A stretch of 62,998 bases of DNA, counting the filler, from Pirum gemmata (lineage: Eukaryota), in the NCBI GenBank assembly GCA_002812295.1. It is 18 parts of 18 records of this genome, joined end to end, with 100 filler letters (N's around TTAATTAATTAA, not from the genome) between each part and the next. Parts side by side here need not be neighbours in the genome. Positions count along the whole stretch, not along the records: positions 59,547 to 62,998 come from PDIN01002582.1; 17 more parts are not named here. One strand, 5' to 3'. How positions within the stretch are numbered: position 1 is the first letter of the stretch; each line of letters starts with the position of its first letter. This document shows, one piece after another, positions 61,884 through 62,998 of the stretch. Under the pieces are notes generated by a model that searched no databases, was not told the origin of the DNA, and was given only the letters and a program-made list of their open reading frames with translations. The translations under genes were made by a program, and so were the position numbers.

Positions 61884-62720
61884 TTTAGATTATCAAATAA
61901 TACTAAATTTAAAGACTTCCCCTTCAACATCTGCATCTTTCTTTCCTTTCTCCTATATTACTACTACTGGTAATGCCGCTTTTCCTGTTTACCCTTCGCT
62001 TTTTGTGAGCTTTGTAGTCATCCTGAATGTATGGTTTTAACTTTTTATTTATAAAAATTTAATAGTAATAAACAAAATGGTTTTAGATTATCAAATAATA
62101 CTAAATTTGAAGACTTCCCCTTCAACACCTGCATCTTTCCCTCCTTTCTCCTATTACTACTACTGGTAATGTAGCTTTTCCTGTTTACCCTTCGCTTTTT
62201 GTGAGCTTCATCGTCATCCTGAATGTATGGTTTTAATTTTTTATTTATAAAATAGTAATAAACAAAATGGTTTTAGATATAGGGTTAGGGTTAGAGTTAG
62301 TGATAGGCCTTCATCATCTACATCCTTCCTCCTTCTTCCCCTTCCCCTATTACTACTTCTGATAATGCTGCTTAATGGTTTTAGATATAGGGTTAGGGTT
62401 AGAGTTAGGAATAGGCCTTCATCATCTGCATCCTTCCCTCCTTCTTCTTCCCCTTCTCATATTACTACAACTGGTAATGCTGCTTTTCCTGTTTACCCTT
62501 CGCTTTTGGTGAGCTCTATAGACATTCTGAATGTATGGTTTAAAATTTTTATTTATCAAAAAAAAAAAAAAAACTTGAAGACTTTCCCTCCGTCATATAT
62601 ATCTTTCTCTAATTCTTCTTCTCCTTCTCCTACCCCTACCGATAACACTTCTACTACTACTACTAGGTGTGTATGGTTTTAATTTTTTATTTATAAAATA
62701 ATAATAAACAAAATGGTTTT
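61884..62720 (+). repeat. About 5 degenerate tandem copies of the apyrase 3' end (linker + GPI signal + 3'UTR)
   Basis: ACTACTGGTAATG..GCTTTTC..TTACCCTTCGCTTTT..GTCATCCTGAAT.TATGGTTTTAA..AAACAAAATGGTTTTAGAT is repeated downstream of the gene. Confidence 0.85.
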
Positions 62721-62998
62721 ATTTTATATGGGTTTTCTGGTGTAAAGTTGCTGAATAGCAATATGTTTATTGATAAAAACCAATAAATAAATAAATAAAT
62801 AAACAGATAAATAAATGAATAAATAAATAAATAAATATAATAATATTAATAATAACAGTATTAATAATAATAATAACAATAGCAATTATTATTATTATTA
62901 TTATTATTATTATTGTTATTATTATACAATAGCAATAATAATAATAATTATTATTATTATTGTTATTGTTATTATTATTATTAATAATTATTATTATT

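Overview
This is not a contiguous locus. It is an artificial concatenation of 18 short contigs (about 3.2-3.5 kb each) joined by identical 100-nt spacers (44 N + TTAATTAATTAA + 44 N), so adjacency across spacers has no biological meaning. The source is a very AT-rich, intron-rich eukaryote with GT-AG introns, microsatellite-filled introns and many interstitial TTAGGG arrays. The gene content suggests an opisthokont, possibly a unicellular holozoan (inference only). Spliced host gene fragments are Cdh1/FZR1, a TIGR02452/DUF2263 PARG-like macrodomain, CTR9, a UBE3A-like HECT ligase, a KCNQ-like K+ channel and a Cys/Thr-rich surface protein. Apparently intronless genes are a CANT1-type apyrase with a GPI-like tail and a frameshifted bacterial-type spondin-domain gene. 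Three contigs carry intronless virus/MGE-like genes: a D5-type primase-SF3 helicase followed by an iteron-like TGTCCTA/TAGGACA array, a 994-aa SF2 helicase, and a head-to-head pair of orphan paralogs (one with a nonsense codon that the ORF track hides). Non-coding contigs hold several MITE families, L1/Tx1-like LINE 3' remnants, telomere-repeat cassettes and TAG/CTA-rich palindromic filler DNA. All family assignments come from manual motif reading, not database searches.
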